Below, in pieces: positions 10,199-18,586 of a stretch of DNA of 38,303 nt. The DNA comes from an uncultured Nitrospiraceae bacterium (GTDB taxonomy: Bacteria > Nitrospirota > Thermodesulfovibrionia > Thermodesulfovibrionales > Dissulfurispiraceae): the NCBI GenBank assembly GCA_947085205.1, contig CAMTVO010000024.1, positions 1 through 38,303 on the forward strand. Direction: 5' to 3'. The notes below the pieces were generated by a model, which saw only the letters and a program-made list of their open reading frames with translations, did no database searches and was not told the DNA's origin. How positions within the stretch are numbered: the first letter of the stretch is position 1; each line of letters begins with the position of its first letter. Both the position numbers and the translations under genes were made by a program.

Positions 10199-10347
10199 GT
10201 AAAGGGGACGGTTCTCTTTATTTGACAAATTTGGCCTGAGATGATACTTTTGACATATGCCAATGACCGCAAGGGTGGCTCCACAAGAGCATGTCTATCA
10301 TGTACCGATGAGATGGAGAAAAAAATAAAGAGAACCGTCCCCTTTAC
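10199..10347 (+). mobile_element. Miniature element: perfect 25-bp inverted repeats around an internally deleted RAYT/IS200-like (Y1) transposase
   Basis: GTAAAGGGGACGGTTCTCTTTATTT (10199-10223) with its exact reverse complement (10323-10347). Internal ORF 10257-10328 reads MPMTARVAPQEHVYHVPMRWRKK*. Confidence 0.75.
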
Positions 10348-10497
10348 CTTTTTTTGACCTTACGAGATTTATAAAAAGTTTATCTGGGCGGGCATTTCCC
10401 TGTTGCTTATCCTGATAAAAGGCAATTGAATCCCGACCTCCGCATAGTCGCCAGATGTCATGAACTGAAAAACGTGGATAACGGGTATCAGTCATGC

Positions 10498-11595
10498 TCA
10501 CACATTAAACCTGAAATTAATTATATCCCCGTCCTTTACTTCGTAGGTCTTGCCTTCAAGTCTTAAACGCCCTTTCTCCTTTGCAGAAGTCATGCTTCCT
10601 GATGAAATAAAATCATCATAGCCGGCAACCTCAGCCCTGATAAATCCCCTCTCGATATCCGAATGTATCTTGCCTGCAGCCTGCTGTGCATTGATGCCTC
10701 TTTTTATAGTCCATGCCCTTACCTCATCTTCACCGCATGTAAGGAAGGATATGAGACCTAAGAGGTCGTAACTGACATGTATCAATTTGTTAAGCGCAGG
10801 CTCATGTATTCCAAGGTCATCGAGGAATGCACGGGCTTCATCCGGAGAAAGTTGTGCAATCTCCATCTCTATCTTTCCGTAGAGCGCCACGACTTTTGTA
10901 GTTTCTGATATGCCTTTGTCGGCAAAATGTTTTTCGGCGTCTTTTTGGAGATTTAATGCCTTATCTGTATTTAAATCACCTTCGCCGATATTTAAAACAA
11001 CCACCTCCGGTTTTGTAGAGACGAACTGGAGATGTTTCATTACTTTTTGCTCCTCGTCTTCAAAACTTACACTTCTGAGGGGAATCTCCTTCTCAAGGGC
11101 ATCCTTGCACTTCAACAAAAGGTTTTTTTCCGCTTCATTCGGCTTTTTGCCTTTCTTTGCTCCCTCCTCCATTCTTGCGAGTCTCTTTTCAACCAATTCA
11201 ATATCTCCGAATATAAGTTCAAGCTCCAATGTCTCTATGTCGTTAAGCGGATTGACCTCATTCATCGGGTGCGAGACAGAATCGTCCTCAAAAGCCCTTG
11301 CTACATGGACAATGGCGTCAACATCTTTTATCAGGTCAAAGACCTTTCTGTTCTGGGCAATGTCTCCTTTGGTGAGGCCTATGTAATCAACATATTCCAC
11401 TGTGGCGTAAGTGATCTTTTTGGGTCTGTAAATTTCAGCAAGCTTATCAACTCTGTAATCAGGAACTTTTACAACACCGAAATTCGGCTCGCCGCTGACG
11501 GTCGGATAAATAGTCGTCTCAAGGTTCTGTCCTGTAAGGGCATTGAAGACGGTAGTCTTTCCGGAATTGGACAATCCGATAATCGCTAATTTCAC
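10498..11595 (-). CDS. ychF: Ribosome-binding ATPase YchF (Obg family)
   Basis: GLSNSGKTT P-loop, EVRAW, AAGKIHSDIERGFIRAE and DGDIINFRFNV motifs. Confidence 0.95.
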   Translation of the reverse strand: MKLAIIGLSNSGKTTVFNALTGQNLETTIYPTVSGEPNFGVVKVPDYRVDKLAEIYRPKKITYATVEYVDYIGLTKGDIAQNRKVFDLIKDVDAIVHVARAFEDDSVSHPMNEVNPLNDIETLELELIFGDIELVEKRLARMEEGAKKGKKPNEAEKNLLLKCKDALEKEIPLRSVSFEDEEQKVMKHLQFVSTKPEVVVLNIGEGDLNTDKALNLQKDAEKHFADKGISETTKVVALYGKIEMEIAQLSPDEARAFLDDLGIHEPALNKLIHVSYDLLGLISFLTCGEDEVRAWTIKRGINAQQAAGKIHSDIERGFIRAEVAGYDDFISSGSMTSAKEKGRLRLEGKTYEVKDGDIINFRFNV

Positions 11596-11625
11596 ATTTC
11601 CTCCATTAGTATAAATAAATATAGG

Positions 11626-11925
11626 TTAATAAACTAATTTGATTTTTTTCTCGCGGGCAATATTCTTTATGACCATCAAAGCAGAATAAAGCCTCTGAAG
11701 CCTTATGCTTCTTTTTCGTATCAGATAAATGTCTTCGTATGGAAAAGGCTCGGACCGAATCTCAATCTGCTTGCGCTCTATAGCCCTGCATAGAGATTTA
11801 AGTGCATTTTCATCGAATGACTTCAAAAATATTGGGTTAACGGCAATAAAGCCTTCCGATATATCTGAGACGATAGCCCTATAATTTCTCTTAATCTGTT
11901 CCGCCATGCTCCTTTTTCTTTGCAA
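11626..11925 (-). CDS. Hypothetical protein (start possibly at MAEQ)
   Basis: Fills the gap between tatC and ychF on the same strand; no recognised motif. Confidence 0.6.
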   Translation of the reverse strand: MQRKRSMAEQIKRNYRAIVSDISEGFIAVNPIFLKSFDENALKSLCRAIERKQIEIRSEPFPYEDIYLIRKRSIRLQRLYSALMVIKNIAREKKIKLVY

Positions 11926-12682
11926 ACAATGGTGAGATCCAGATACCTATCTCATATAGCAATATTATGGGGACAGCCATCAACGTTTGATTAAACGCAT
12001 CCGGCGTCGGCGTCAAAAAGGCAGCCAATACAAATGCGATTAATACTGTATATTTCCTGTTTTTAGCAAGGGTTTTAGGGGTAACAATACCGAGCTTTGT
12101 GAGAAAAATTATAATTATTGGAAGCTCAAAAACAGCGCCGAAAGCGAGTATAAATTTCAGGCAGAAGTCAACATACTGTCCCACAGAAAGCATGGGCATT
12201 AGAAAATCGCCCAATTTGTAAGTGAGGAGAAATCCCATTGCAAAAGGCAGGACAATAAAAAAACAAAAAGCGGCTCCGAAAAGAAAGAGTCCTGTTGCGG
12301 AAAATACGAACGGCAGCACATATTTTTTCTCTCTCTGATGAAGCCCCGGAGAAATGAATTTCCATAATTGATGGAATATTACAGGCAGTGAAAGTATCAG
12401 TCCAGCAACGAAAGAAACCTTGATATTCATCCAGAGAGCCTCAGCAGGACCAAGGAATACAAGCTTCGTATTTTGGAGTTTATCCTGCGGGACAAAATGC
12501 ACATATATATTTTGTACGGAGAAGTCCAGATTGTATCTAAGAGGAAACATTAAGAACTTAAAAATCTCTTCGGAATAACTGAATGCTGTTATAAAAGTGA
12601 CAAGTAAGGCGACTAAGGATATTGTTATCCTCTTTCTGAGGTCGCCGAGGTGTTCTGTAAGGGGCATCTTTTCATCTTCCAT
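11891..12682 (-). CDS. tatC: Twin-arginine translocase subunit TatC
   Basis: MPLTEHLGDLRKR, WKFISPGL, FELP and LTPTPD motifs. Confidence 0.97.
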   Translation of the reverse strand: MEDEKMPLTEHLGDLRKRITISLVALLVTFITAFSYSEEIFKFLMFPLRYNLDFSVQNIYVHFVPQDKLQNTKLVFLGPAEALWMNIKVSFVAGLILSLPVIFHQLWKFISPGLHQREKKYVLPFVFSATGLFLFGAAFCFFIVLPFAMGFLLTYKLGDFLMPMLSVGQYVDFCLKFILAFGAVFELPIIIIFLTKLGIVTPKTLAKNRKYTVLIAFVLAAFLTPTPDAFNQTLMAVPIILLYEIGIWISPLFAKKKEHGGTD

Positions 12683-12703
12683 CTGCCCTACCCCGAAAAG
12701 ACG

Positions 12704-12731
12704 GTGATGAGTGACGAGTTATGAGTGATGA
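12704..12731. repeat. Intergenic degenerate 7-bp tandem array (GTGATGA x4)
   Basis: gtgatga gtgacga gttatga gtgatga. Confidence 0.8.
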
Positions 12732-12768
12732 ATTAATGAATAATAAAATTATTTTATAAAATTTATTT

Positions 12769-13044
12769 TCAGCCATTTTTAGTATTCTTCTCTGTCTCTG
12801 ATGAATCGGCTATCTTATCTTCTGTTTTTTGTTCTGACTTATAAACATCTGCCTCTAACGATATAGGCTGTTTTATATCGTGAAGCTCTGCGTCCATCTG
12901 TTCTTTAACGCCGTGCATTGCCCTTTTGAGTTCGGCAATCCCCTTTCCGAGCGTTCTTCCAAGTTCCGGCAATCTCTTTGGACCAAAGACAAGGAGTGCG
13001 ACAATGAATATTACTATAAGTTCCTGTACGCCTAAGTCAAACAT
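12769..13044 (-). CDS. Twin-arginine translocase TatA/TatB-family subunit
   Basis: MFDLGVQELIVIFIVALLVFGPKRLPELGRTLG; upstream of tatC. Confidence 0.93.
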   Translation of the reverse strand: MFDLGVQELIVIFIVALLVFGPKRLPELGRTLGKGIAELKRAMHGVKEQMDAELHDIKQPISLEADVYKSEQKTEDKIADSSETEKNTKNG

Positions 13045-13066
13045 AGCTTGTTATTATAACACAAAA

Positions 13067-13861
13067 CTACTCTTCGTAGACTTTTTGAATCTTTTTCTTT
13101 TCGGGCGGAAGAATAACGTTGACCGAAAACATCAGCCTGTAATCGGGGGTTCTATTCTTAATATTAAAACCGGCTCCGACAGTCGTATACAGATAATCGG
13201 TGGTTGCTATTCTGTATCCGAGCCTCCATTCAACCATGTCTATCTTGTTTTTAAAGTAATTCTTTTTCCCCACAATCTCTGCAAGCACTTTCGAGTCATG
13301 TGTTACAGCAAGCTCCGCGCCAAGATTAACGGAATATTCATCTTTAAGTCCCTGTTTCTCCGGCTTGGAATAAAATGCGTTCAGATGTCCCTTGAAAGGC
13401 CCGACCTTTTTTGTCAGAAGTATTCCTCCGCCGACCCTTCCGTCGGTGCTGAAATCATCCTTGCCTGACGGAGCGGATACCGTCAGAACATATGCAAATG
13501 CAGGTTCATAGTAGCCTTCATCCATAATTCTATGCTTAATCCCCAGACTTACATCTTCAAAGCCGTCTATCTTTCCATTCCATTCCGCTACATAAGGCAA
13601 TGTGACATTGAACTCAAATTTGTCGTGCAGGCCGTATGCAAGCTGAAAAATAGTGCGGTAAAAATCGGGGTCATTGGATTTCTCGACGCTCAAGCCGAAT
13701 CCTAATTTATTCTGTTTAAGGCTCTCTGCGCTGAATGTAGAAAATACGCCGTAAGGAGGAAGGGGCTGAAGGCCTTTTACATCAAAAGCAGATGCATCGG
13801 CAAGCAGTATAAAACATAGGAGTATTGGAGTAATGGAGTAATGGAGTATCCATTTTTTCAT
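13067..13861 (-). CDS. Putative outer-membrane beta-barrel protein (MetA-pathway/transporter-like)
   Basis: Signal peptide ending ASA followed by alternating beta-strand segments. Start MKKW at 13861 lies just after a TTGACA-17-TATTCT promoter. Confidence 0.7.
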   Translation of the reverse strand: MKKWILHYSITPILLCFILLADASAFDVKGLQPLPPYGVFSTFSAESLKQNKLGFGLSVEKSNDPDFYRTIFQLAYGLHDKFEFNVTLPYVAEWNGKIDGFEDVSLGIKHRIMDEGYYEPAFAYVLTVSAPSGKDDFSTDGRVGGGILLTKKVGPFKGHLNAFYSKPEKQGLKDEYSVNLGAELAVTHDSKVLAEIVGKKNYFKNKIDMVEWRLGYRIATTDYLYTTVGAGFNIKNRTPDYRLMFSVNVILPPEKKKIQKVYEE

Positions 13862-13933
13862 AGTGTATGAGAATATCAAAAATACCTTTTTCTGTCAAAT
13901 AACAACACTCCAATACTCCATCACTCCAATGCC
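13819..13933. repeat. Inverted pair of 8-bp arrays: (GGAGTAWT)x4 at 13819-13850 and AATACTCC-like x3 at 13904-13927
   Basis: Read directly; AATACTCC is the reverse complement of GGAGTATT. Confidence 0.85.
13870..13898 (-). promoter_or_regulatory. Sigma70-type promoter
   Basis: TTGACA (13898-13893), 17-bp spacer, TG-a-TATTCT (13875-13870). Confidence 0.7.
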
Positions 13934-13934
13934 G

Positions 13935-15095
13935 TTATTTCCCAAACGGACAAATGGGATACCTGCATTCCTTACAGTTGAGGCACAGACCTCCATGCCC
14001 GAGTTCTGCAAGCTCCTTTCTGCCGATACTTTCCCCTGCAAGCACTCTCGGAAGAATCAAATCAAGCACGGTTGTCTTATGATACATCCCGCAGGCGGGA
14101 ATACCGAGGATTGGAATGAGTTCAGAGTTTTGAGTTATGAGTTTTGAATTATTTAATCCCTGAACTCCTAATTCTGAACTCTTAACTCTTTCGATACACG
14201 CTATCAGAAACATTGCACCTGGAAGCACTGCGGAGCCGTATGATATATCAACAGCGCCCAAATTCCTTATGGCAAACCGCGTTACGTCGTCAGGATCGAC
14301 AGACATGCCTCCTGTTGTAATAAGCAAATCAGCGCCTGCATCTATTAATTCTCTGAGTCTTGCCTCTATGAAATCTTCATTGTCAGGCGCATAATATATT
14401 CCGACAATCTCACCATTAAACTCATCTATCTTTTCCCTGATAACCGGCGCAAAGGCATCCTTTATCCTTCCATAATAAACCTCATTGCCTGTAATAACCA
14501 CTCCGGCCTTAGGTTTTCTCAATTCCTTAACTTCAATAACGCCTTTACCTCTGACTTCTGACTTCTGACTTCTGACTTTTTCTGCAATTGCCACTGCTTC
14601 CTCAACCACTTTCCTTTTAACTATAAGAGGAATCGCCCTTGTGCCTGCCACAACCTGTCCTTTTTTAACCACTGTGTTATCATGAAGTGTTGCGCACATT
14701 ATATCACCGAGCATATTAAATTGAGTGAGGGTGCACTTATTAACCTTTAACAGTCCCTCTTTGTCCGCAATTATATTAATCTTGCCCTCCTTCGGTTCTC
14801 CTTCCATCTTTACGCCTTCACCCATTAAGGCATTGGCCAGTGCATATGCAGCGCCATCTTCATGCACCTCGTCATCACCAATGTTTAGAACAAACAGATT
14901 CTCCTTTCCAAGTTTTTGGAGATGACTTATATCCTCTTCTCTGACAATATGCCCTTTTTTAAATGCCCTGCCTTTAAAATCATCCTGCCTTATCTCGGTA
15001 ATGTCATGTGCCAAAACCATCCCCGCCGCCTCTGTTACAGGGATTGTCTTAACGCCGAGCCTGCTCCTCGTATCGGAGCCCTGAATATCGCACAT
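13935..15095 (-). CDS. MoeA-like molybdopterin-binding protein
   Basis: GMVLAHDIT, ITGNEVY, TTGGMSVDPDDVT and GHGGLCLNCKEC motifs; two repeat-derived insertions. Confidence 0.88.
   Translation of the reverse strand: MCDIQGSDTRSRLGVKTIPVTEAAGMVLAHDITEIRQDDFKGRAFKKGHIVREEDISHLQKLGKENLFVLNIGDDEVHEDGAAYALANALMGEGVKMEGEPKEGKINIIADKEGLLKVNKCTLTQFNMLGDIMCATLHDNTVVKKGQVVAGTRAIPLIVKRKVVEEAVAIAEKVRSQKSEVRGKGVIEVKELRKPKAGVVITGNEVYYGRIKDAFAPVIREKIDEFNGEIVGIYYAPDNEDFIEARLRELIDAGADLLITTGGMSVDPDDVTRFAIRNLGAVDISYGSAVLPGAMFLIACIERVKSSELGVQGLNNSKLITQNSELIPILGIPACGMYHKTTVLDLILPRVLAGESIGRKELAELGHGGLCLNCKECRYPICPFGK
14118..14188. repeat. In-frame two-armed 7-bp array (GAGTTNN)x5 / (NNAACTC)x4 in the moeA-like gene
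   Basis: The arms are approximate reverse complements; encodes RVKSSELGVQGLNNSKLITQNSEL. Confidence 0.85.
14551..14578. repeat. In-frame (CTGACTT)x4 in the moeA-like gene
   Basis: Perfect repeat; encodes KVRSQKSEVR. Confidence 0.95.
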
Positions 15096-15112
15096 ATTAT
15101 CCTCCTCTTGTT

Positions 15113-15271
15113 GTCATTCCTCGACCACCGCTGTCATTCCCCGATTTAATCGGGGAATCCATGTCCTTTTGTTCTGGATTCTCCGGTCAAGCCGGAGAAT
15201 GACAAATACTATAACTCTTGGATTCACGTTCCCCGCTTACGACCTGCGGGGACAAGTTTCACGGGAATGAC
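15113..15271. repeat. Cluster of nested REP-like palindromes (GTCATTCC...GGAATCC / GGATT...AATGAC type)
   Basis: gtcattccccgatttaatcggggaatcc (15133-15160), ggattctccggtcaagccggagaatgac (15176-15203), and a third unit ending gggaatgac at 15271 that is interrupted by a ccccgc..gcgggg hairpin. Confidence 0.88.
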
Positions 15272-15282
15272 AAAATAGACAA

Positions 15283-15615
15283 TTATTTGCCGAATATCTT
15301 ACCGAATTTCTTATCAACCGCCTCTCTTATCCCTTCTTCCATCTGTTCATATTTTTTCAAGAACTTTCTGGCGTCTTTTGTGAGAACTGCGCCACCGCCA
15401 TTCCTGCCGCCTGCCTGCCTCTCAACCAATTTTATGCCAAGCCTCTCCTCCATTGCCTTTATATAACTCCACGCCTTTCTGTAAGAGATGCTTATTTCTT
15501 TTGCCGCCTGATTTATAGAGCCGTATTCATCTATCGCATTAAGCAGAAATCTCCTGCCCCTTCCAAAAACCGGCTCTCCGTCAACCTCTATCCAGAGCTT
15601 GGATTTTATTTGCAT
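15283..15615 (-). CDS. modE: ModE-family winged-helix regulator (HTH-only form)
   Basis: KSKLW...VFGRGR..LL.AI...GSINQAAKE..ISYRKAW...GGRNGGGA; likely start MQIK at 15615. Confidence 0.88.
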   Translation of the reverse strand: MQIKSKLWIEVDGEPVFGRGRRFLLNAIDEYGSINQAAKEISISYRKAWSYIKAMEERLGIKLVERQAGGRNGGGAVLTKDARKFLKKYEQMEEGIREAVDKKFGKIFGK

Positions 15616-15641
15616 ATCGTTATGACTTTTTGGCATAGCGT
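15616..15641. promoter_or_regulatory. ModE-box-like palindrome immediately upstream of modE
   Basis: atCGTTATG-N9-CATAGCGt. Confidence 0.65.
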
Positions 15642-15655
15642 ATAATAACAAAAAA

Positions 15656-15970
15656 TTATTCCCTTGTGATACTTGTAATTGTAATCTTCTGAAGCCAGAA
15701 GATTCCCTTCAACGGTGACAATATCCCCTTAACTGTACTCTCTATCAACTGCCTTGCGAAGTCCTTTTTTGAGATATCTATTTCTCCCTTTTCAGTATAG
15801 ATATGAAACTCGTCGGAATCCACGCATACCGTTACCGTATTTGAGTCAACACCAAAGGATATCGCGGCTGCATACAGAACATTGGTTATATATTTCTGTG
15901 TAAAATCATTCAAAGGGACTATATTATTATTTACCAGGAGACTTGTCTTCAATTGTGTAATACCCTCCAT
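15656..15970 (-). CDS. Hypothetical protein, resembling MobB C-terminal-like small domains
   Basis: LLVNNNIVPLNDF and FARQLIESTVKGILSPLKG segments; lies within the Mo cluster. Confidence 0.6.
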   Translation of the reverse strand: MEGITQLKTSLLVNNNIVPLNDFTQKYITNVLYAAAISFGVDSNTVTVCVDSDEFHIYTEKGEIDISKKDFARQLIESTVKGILSPLKGIFWLQKITITSITRE

Positions 15971-16535
15971 CTGCGCATGGCCTGCATAACACCTTTCCGT
16001 TTTTATGTATCTCTCTCATGTCCTGAACATATTCTCCGCATATATTGCATGACACCCTTTTCAGCGGCCTGCCCGGCAGGTTCTCGGGCTTTATGCTTAC
16101 CCTGACATTCATCACCTCAAAAAGTTCCTTATCAGACATTACCTTATACGCCTCAAGCTGAGCCTTGTATTTGTCATCTATATCAGGGAAATATTTCTTT
16201 GCCTTTTCCCTTGCGTCCTCTTTTGCCACGACTCTCACTGCCCTGCCTGTCTTTAGATTCACAAATGTCGCAGCCATCTTGCCGTAGTCCATAAACTTCA
16301 TGGTCCTATGACCAAGGCTGCATCCTGTCACAGACTGGACTGCATCTGTAGCGCACCTGTCCATCTCAACAAATACGATAAGGCTTTTCCTGTCTTTGCC
16401 CTTCGGGTCTTCAATCCCTGTCTCCCTCAGTCCGAGCATTGACATCTTAACTCCAAGCACCTGTCCCGGGCATAAATGGCCGTGGATTTTGACGGATTCA
16501 TCAAGGAGACCTTCAAAAGTATTATCTATTGACAT
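15927..16535 (-). CDS. FmdE/FwdE-family protein with C-terminal Zn finger
   Basis: HGHLCPG, EMDRCATDAVQ..TGCSLG and CxxCGE...CxxC motifs. Confidence 0.9.
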   Translation of the reverse strand: MSIDNTFEGLLDESVKIHGHLCPGQVLGVKMSMLGLRETGIEDPKGKDRKSLIVFVEMDRCATDAVQSVTGCSLGHRTMKFMDYGKMAATFVNLKTGRAVRVVAKEDAREKAKKYFPDIDDKYKAQLEAYKVMSDKELFEVMNVRVSIKPENLPGRPLKRVSCNICGEYVQDMREIHKNGKVLCRPCADGGYYTIEDKSPGK

Positions 16536-16574
16536 AGTTAAATTTACAATTTGGAAACAATAATAATCAATAAA

Positions 16575-16695
16575 AAGTTTTCTCCTTTAACGCCTGCAGT
16601 TCTAAAAGTCTTTCAAGTTCAACCGTTATATGATCAGGCAGTTCTCTAAATTCATCGTCTATTGAGAGACCTTCATCCTGCAATCGCCTCTTATA
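16575..16695 (-). pseudogene. TorD/DmsD-family chaperone fragment
   Basis: Reads GLSIDDEFRELPDHITVELE, matching the E-x-P-D-H..EL signature. Confidence 0.6.
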
Positions 16696-16804
16696 CTCTC
16701 ATTTATCACGAATTTTTTAATATCCACCTTCACCTCTCATATAAATAGAGACTGTCCATAAAGTAAGGTTTTGTCATTGTCCGGCTTGACCCCCGCATCC
16801 CCAG

Positions 16805-17214
16805 ATTTCGGAATTATACATGCCTTTTTTCTTGAAATCTTCCCAACCTTCTATTTTGTCTCCCTTGAGAGGCTCCTTTGGCTTCCAGAGAGGCGCTGTG
16901 TGAATTTTTGTGGCAATCTCGGAAAGCTCTTTGCCGTTTGCAGGGGTCTTGCCTGTCTCAGGGTCTTTAAACTCTGTTGAGAGATAGGCATAGAACTTGT
17001 CAAAGCCTTTTTCTTTGAGTTTTTCGGCAAGCATCCATACAAACTCGGTCTCTTCCTGTCTTACATCCCAGAGGGGTTTTACCAATTGCTGATGTAATGA
17101 TGCCCACGCGTGAAGATTATATTTTGACTTTAAATATGCTGAATTCAATTCAAGCATGTGGTGCGGCGCAGGCAGGACTATATCTGCAAAGTGAGCCATT
17201 TCAGACGAGTTAGT
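16805..17214 (-). pseudogene. Internal fragment of a DMSO-reductase-family molybdoenzyme catalytic subunit (ArrA-like)
   Basis: SEMAHFADIVLP motif; KPLWDVRQEETE and FKDPETGKTPAN recall respiratory arsenate reductase. No N- or C-terminus. Confidence 0.75.
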
Positions 17215-17216
17215 CC

Positions 17217-17321
17217 TTATAATGAATTATTCTTCAGAGAGGCCAATGCCTCAGCTCCTGTTTCGAAAGATACGACATCATAGCCGGCAGATTTGAGGGC
17301 GTCTTCGAGGGTGACCCTCAT
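17217..17321 (-). pseudogene. Response-regulator receiver-domain fragment
   Basis: MRVTLEDALKSAGYDVVSFETGAEALASLKNNSL*; corresponds to alpha1-beta2-alpha2 only. Confidence 0.7.
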
Positions 17322-17345
17322 AGAGCCGTATCTACAACCTTAACC

Positions 17346-18560
17346 TTACAGGTGCCTTGCAACAGCGCCTTTTATCTCTGAAAACTCATAGCCGAATTTC
17401 TGCGGCTTTCTGCCGAAACAGATACCGAGGCTTTCGAAAAGAGCTATCTCCTGTATATCCACTTCTCTCCGCTTTATCGCTTCAGAGGTCGGCATATAAT
17501 GAATATTCTTTCCATCCACATTAACAACAGTATTGGCTGTTTTGCCTTCCATAAGAAGAAGAACCGCTGCCGCCCCTGTCTTGTATCCAAAATTCACATC
17601 ATATGCAGATGAGCCTCCGCAGCGCACAAGATGTCCCAGCGTAACTTCCCTTGCCTCCGGTATTTCGTAAACACCCGGAGCATACATGCCTGTTTTTTTC
17701 ATGAACTCAACTACTTCAGGGTCGCTTTTAAGTCTCTTTTCGAGCTGCTGCCTTACATACTTCCCTGCGCCTGCAAGTTTCTTATGGCCGAATGCATCTA
17801 CACCTGCTGATTCATCGTATAAAAGCTCGCCGCTTGCATTTTTAAGGCCTTCAGCAACAACGATTATATATGTGCCTGCCTTAACATCGCTTCTCATAAC
17901 CCTGCCGAAATATGTAGCCTTCATGTGTTCATATACAACATCAAAGTCAGCCGGGACCTCCGGAATCAATATGCAATCAGCCTCTGCCCCTACACCGCCG
18001 CGAAATGCCGTGTGTCCCACATATCTTCCAAAAACTTCGATTATAAGGACACGATTATGGCTCTGTCCTGTAGTCTTTAAGTCCTTTGTAAATGTAGCTA
18101 TCCTGTTTATTGCCGAATCGCCGCCTACACTGTAAGGCTGAAGGTCGAGGTCCATAGTCTTAGGGACATGAATGCACGGTATGCCTTGAGATGAAAGGTC
18201 GACGACAACGCTTCCCGTATCATCGCCGCCGCTTATTATGAGGGCGTCTATTTTAAACTTCTTAAGCCCATCTTTTATACGTTCGTATGTATTAGGGTCT
18301 TTGATTTTGCTAAGCTTCACTCTGGAATGACCGGCCTCAGAACCGGCAAGCGATGCTTCTATCTTGCTTACCCTCGCTGCATCGAGCACTACAACATTAT
18401 CAAGATCGATAAGATTATAGAGGCCTGCGTATCCGTTCGGAATAACCACCGATTCTATTCCTAATGAATACGCATATCTCGCAACTCCCTTGATTACTGC
18501 ATTGAGACCGCCGCAATCGCCTCCGCTTGTTATAACTCCGATTCTTTTGATTGAAGCCAT
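17346..18560 (-). CDS. pfkA: 6-phosphofructokinase (PfkA family, probably PPi-dependent)
   Basis: TSGGDCGGLN, GGDDT, PKTMD, EVFGR and LGHLVR motifs. Confidence 0.9.
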   Translation of the reverse strand: MASIKRIGVITSGGDCGGLNAVIKGVARYAYSLGIESVVIPNGYAGLYNLIDLDNVVVLDAARVSKIEASLAGSEAGHSRVKLSKIKDPNTYERIKDGLKKFKIDALIISGGDDTGSVVVDLSSQGIPCIHVPKTMDLDLQPYSVGGDSAINRIATFTKDLKTTGQSHNRVLIIEVFGRYVGHTAFRGGVGAEADCILIPEVPADFDVVYEHMKATYFGRVMRSDVKAGTYIIVVAEGLKNASGELLYDESAGVDAFGHKKLAGAGKYVRQQLEKRLKSDPEVVEFMKKTGMYAPGVYEIPEAREVTLGHLVRCGGSSAYDVNFGYKTGAAAVLLLMEGKTANTVVNVDGKNIHYMPTSEAIKRREVDIQEIALFESLGICFGRKPQKFGYEFSEIKGAVARHL

Positions 18561-18586
18561 ATAAACCTCCTTATTATATTAGTGTT

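Noticed and set aside
10370..10495. Possible gene remnant LIPVIHVFQFMTSGDYAEVGIQLPFIRISNREMPAQINFL* (minus strand)
   Set aside because: Looks coding-like but has no start and no family I can recognise.
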